The notes under the pieces are model-generated. The model saw nothing but the letters and a program-made list of their open reading frames with translations, did not search any database and was not told where the DNA came from. The translations under genes and the position numbers were made by a program. This document shows, in pieces, positions 61,283 to 64,000 of a DNA stretch of 64,000 nucleotides. How positions within the stretch are numbered: the stretch's first letter is position 1; every line of letters starts with the position of its first letter. This DNA is from Phoronis australis (lineage: Eukaryota; Animalia; Phoronida), in contig NMRA01000101.1 of NCBI GenBank assembly GCA_002633005.1, positions 496,001 to 560,000 of the forward strand. Reading direction: 5' to 3'.

Positions 61283-64000
61283 TCACATTTCCAGTGATGT
61301 AAGAAACTCAAGTTGAACTCGCAAAAATACAACAAGATAAACAATTTCGTGAACACATTCTCCGACTAAACTTCACATTTCCGTCTGAGCACGTAATGAG
61401 GTGTAATCACTCATTTAAGCATGACTGATTTCAAATTTTGATAGGAGGTAACGAGAGAACGTTCTCTTGCTGGACCACATTACATCCGAATTTGTGTCCC
61501 GTTCTTTGCGAGCAACCGTCACAGCATCCTCATTTCTGGTATTACATGTCCCGCCTCATCTCACAAACATAGAGCTGAGAGTCATCGTTGTGTATACAGA
61601 TTTCCCTCCCCCCTAATTAAGCTGCGCCAAGTTCCTTTCTGAAAACTCTACAGTGTCGACGTTTGTAAAATATCAAAAGTCCACCGGTCTAAAATTCGAA
61701 CCACCCCCGCTCAATGCTGGCTACGGACCTGCTTTCAACGTGCATAGAGGCCCCATGTGAAAACTTTCTTGTTTCCGCGAGGTCAGAAGAACAAGTATAA
61801 GGACCGATCGCGAAGGTAACGTTGGTTTGTATGGACTGAAGTGGAGGACAACATTGAGCTTGGGCACGGACATAACGGTTTGCTTATTTAGAACACCCCG
61901 GTTTTTTGTACTAGACTGAGTTCCGTAAACCCAAGACGGATGCTCATAAAGCGGAAACACTGAATGCATCGCATAATTCAACATTCCAGCTTCACCGACC
62001 GTCACTTCAGTACCCTTCATTTTTCTCATTAATACTATTAACTGAGTTCAGTATCGAGTACACTCGCGAATGAAACACGTGTCTTTCTTTTGCGAGATTT
62101 TGCATGGTTTTGCGCGATCTCGCTTTTCTCGAAGGAAACTTCATTCGCATTTGAGGTGAAATTTGAGGATAGCAAGATATCTGAGCTTGTCCGAATGGAG
62201 TTATATGTGACAAAGCCATTGCTCACGAAACCTTGAAACTATGCTTGTCAACAATTGTATCATGTACGGTTTGAAGAGCATTGCACAAGGGCTAACCGAC
62301 AATGAACTGAGACAACTGCGTCATATAGGATGAAGCGTACAAAACAAATAATACATGCCTAACATTTTTCCTCATCAGTTGATATCATAGTTCTCGGCCC
62401 ACCAGTACTGCTTTCATTATTGCTGCATTCCTTAAAGTTAATGCAGTCTAATGACAAGAAAAAAATTGATTTCATCGCTCTGTTGCACTTGTTTAGGTCA
62501 AGTGATAGAAAAAGCGAGAGGTGGGACCTAAGGCATAAAAGGCTTGGGACTGTGGTCGAATCTACTGAAACGGCACTGAAATTCGAACTCGATTTTTTTA
62601 CATTTTCCGTTCTCCTTTTGCAGTTGCGAACTGAAAATACGTGTCCCTTCGTCTGTGCTGGAATACGTTATGGTTCATGTGCATGGATCTCTAGTCCAAG
62701 TTCTGTGATTTGATGACCCTTAGATTCGAGCTAAAATTCGAGTAAACGCTCGAGATTTCTAGTAGAAGCTAGTAGGGTCATCAAGTTCAAACTAAGATTA
62801 TACAATTATCCATTATTTACTCGAACCTTTTGAAATTCACTCTTATGATCGGACGGCTATCACACGTCTTTGGTGGACAGGCAATCAGCGCCACCTACAG
62901 ATCCCATTCAATATGGACGGGAGGTTTCAACCTAGTAGTGGTATCAACAGCGTTTTTAAACACCTTCCCTGCTATGAGAATGCTGGAAAATTTTCGCTGA
63001 CTTGCGGTGGGACATACTAATGGAGGGAAAAGTCAAATCTCTTGAAATATCCATAGATGAAGGACATCATGTCTCATACATTGCCCATTGAGACGAAGAA
63101 CCCACGGCTGCATAGTCAGAGGCTTTGACTGACTCTAAAGCCGTGGGATTTCTGTTCCAGCCGATGTCAAAATTACCTAAAATAAATTAGTGAACTTAAT
63201 CCAATTAAACAATGGGAGGGATTTACATTGGAATTTATTCCTTGCTTTTAATTTGAGCCACTATGTGTAGCAGTGAATTTCTGTCCACTAAATCTGAGTC
63301 GGGACCAAGCAGCAGTTGCTTTCTCGCTCTCATCACTCTTTAGCAAAGGAAAGTCGTGTTTTGGGCAAAAATTGGAGTGTCTCGAAAAAAGAACAGTCAT
63401 ACTGCATCAGCATTTTGTTAAAGATGCATATGAAACTTAGCAAAAGGCTAGAGCATGTGTGGTTCTATATATGCATTTTGAGTGAAGTATAATGAAACAT
63501 GTGAGTTGAAGAAGCGCCCTCATAGTGCAGTTTTGAAAACAAAATGGCCGCTGTAGACTTTGTGACAGTCAGAAATTGCAGGTTTTATGTAAATCTCATC
63601 TTTATCAGTTGAAAAAATTATTACGTCATATATAGGCAAAAATAGGAAGCAATATAATGTGCAGTATAATACGTGATGATATATATGTACGTGTAATATC
63701 AGCTTGACAGCTGCTGCCCAAAGATTACGAGTCTAGTCACTGTATAGTATCTCCCTGAAAACTTATGGTTGCTAAAACTTACAGTCTACAGCCATTTTCC
63801 GAACATGTCAGGTTTGTACATACAATTTTAGTAATTACTGGTTTGGCCCAAAGACGCTTCACCGATCTTTTCAGCTCGATTTTTATAGTACTTTCAGAAC
63901 CGCCGAAGTCGCATTTAGGGAGAATAGTGACTGCACACGCGTAAATTTCCTTTCTTTTTGTTACCAGTCTGAATATGTTCCCGGAAACTTCTTTCGGTGG

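Noticed and set aside
58430-64000. Short ORFs at the right end of the window
   Set aside because: No coherent exon chain or recognisable protein motif; consistent with UTR, intergenic DNA and repeat fragments.

Overview
Eukaryotic (metazoan, probably a marine invertebrate/spiralian; the taxon is inference) genomic window with spliced genes and many small transposon relics; no prokaryotic features. Five protein-coding genes can be built by hand from splice signals: (1) the 5' part of SFSWAP/suppressor-of-white-apricot (minus strand, runs off the left edge); (2) TMEM199/VMA12 (plus strand), head-to-head with SFSWAP across about 300 bp; (3-5) three neighbouring genes that each encode an N-terminal PTB/PH-like domain followed by a long low-complexity tail: a 4-exon CG12581-type PTB gene (-), a highly divergent PTB-fold gene with symmetric phase-0 exons (-), and an intronless CG12581-type paralogue (+). 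The non-coding DNA holds Helentron-associated (HINE-like) elements whose internal ~145 bp repeats each carry a CTCF-like motif, a decayed Tc1/mariner, a hAT MITE with a perfect 8 bp target-site duplication (TSD), other MITEs, tRNA-derived SINEs, a LINE 3' fragment and minisatellites. The most interesting items are the PTB-adaptor cluster, the transposon-borne CTCF-like motif arrays, a candidate poison exon in SFSWAP, and a tandem array of duplicated splice acceptors. All exon coordinates were read by eye and need RNA-seq confirmation.
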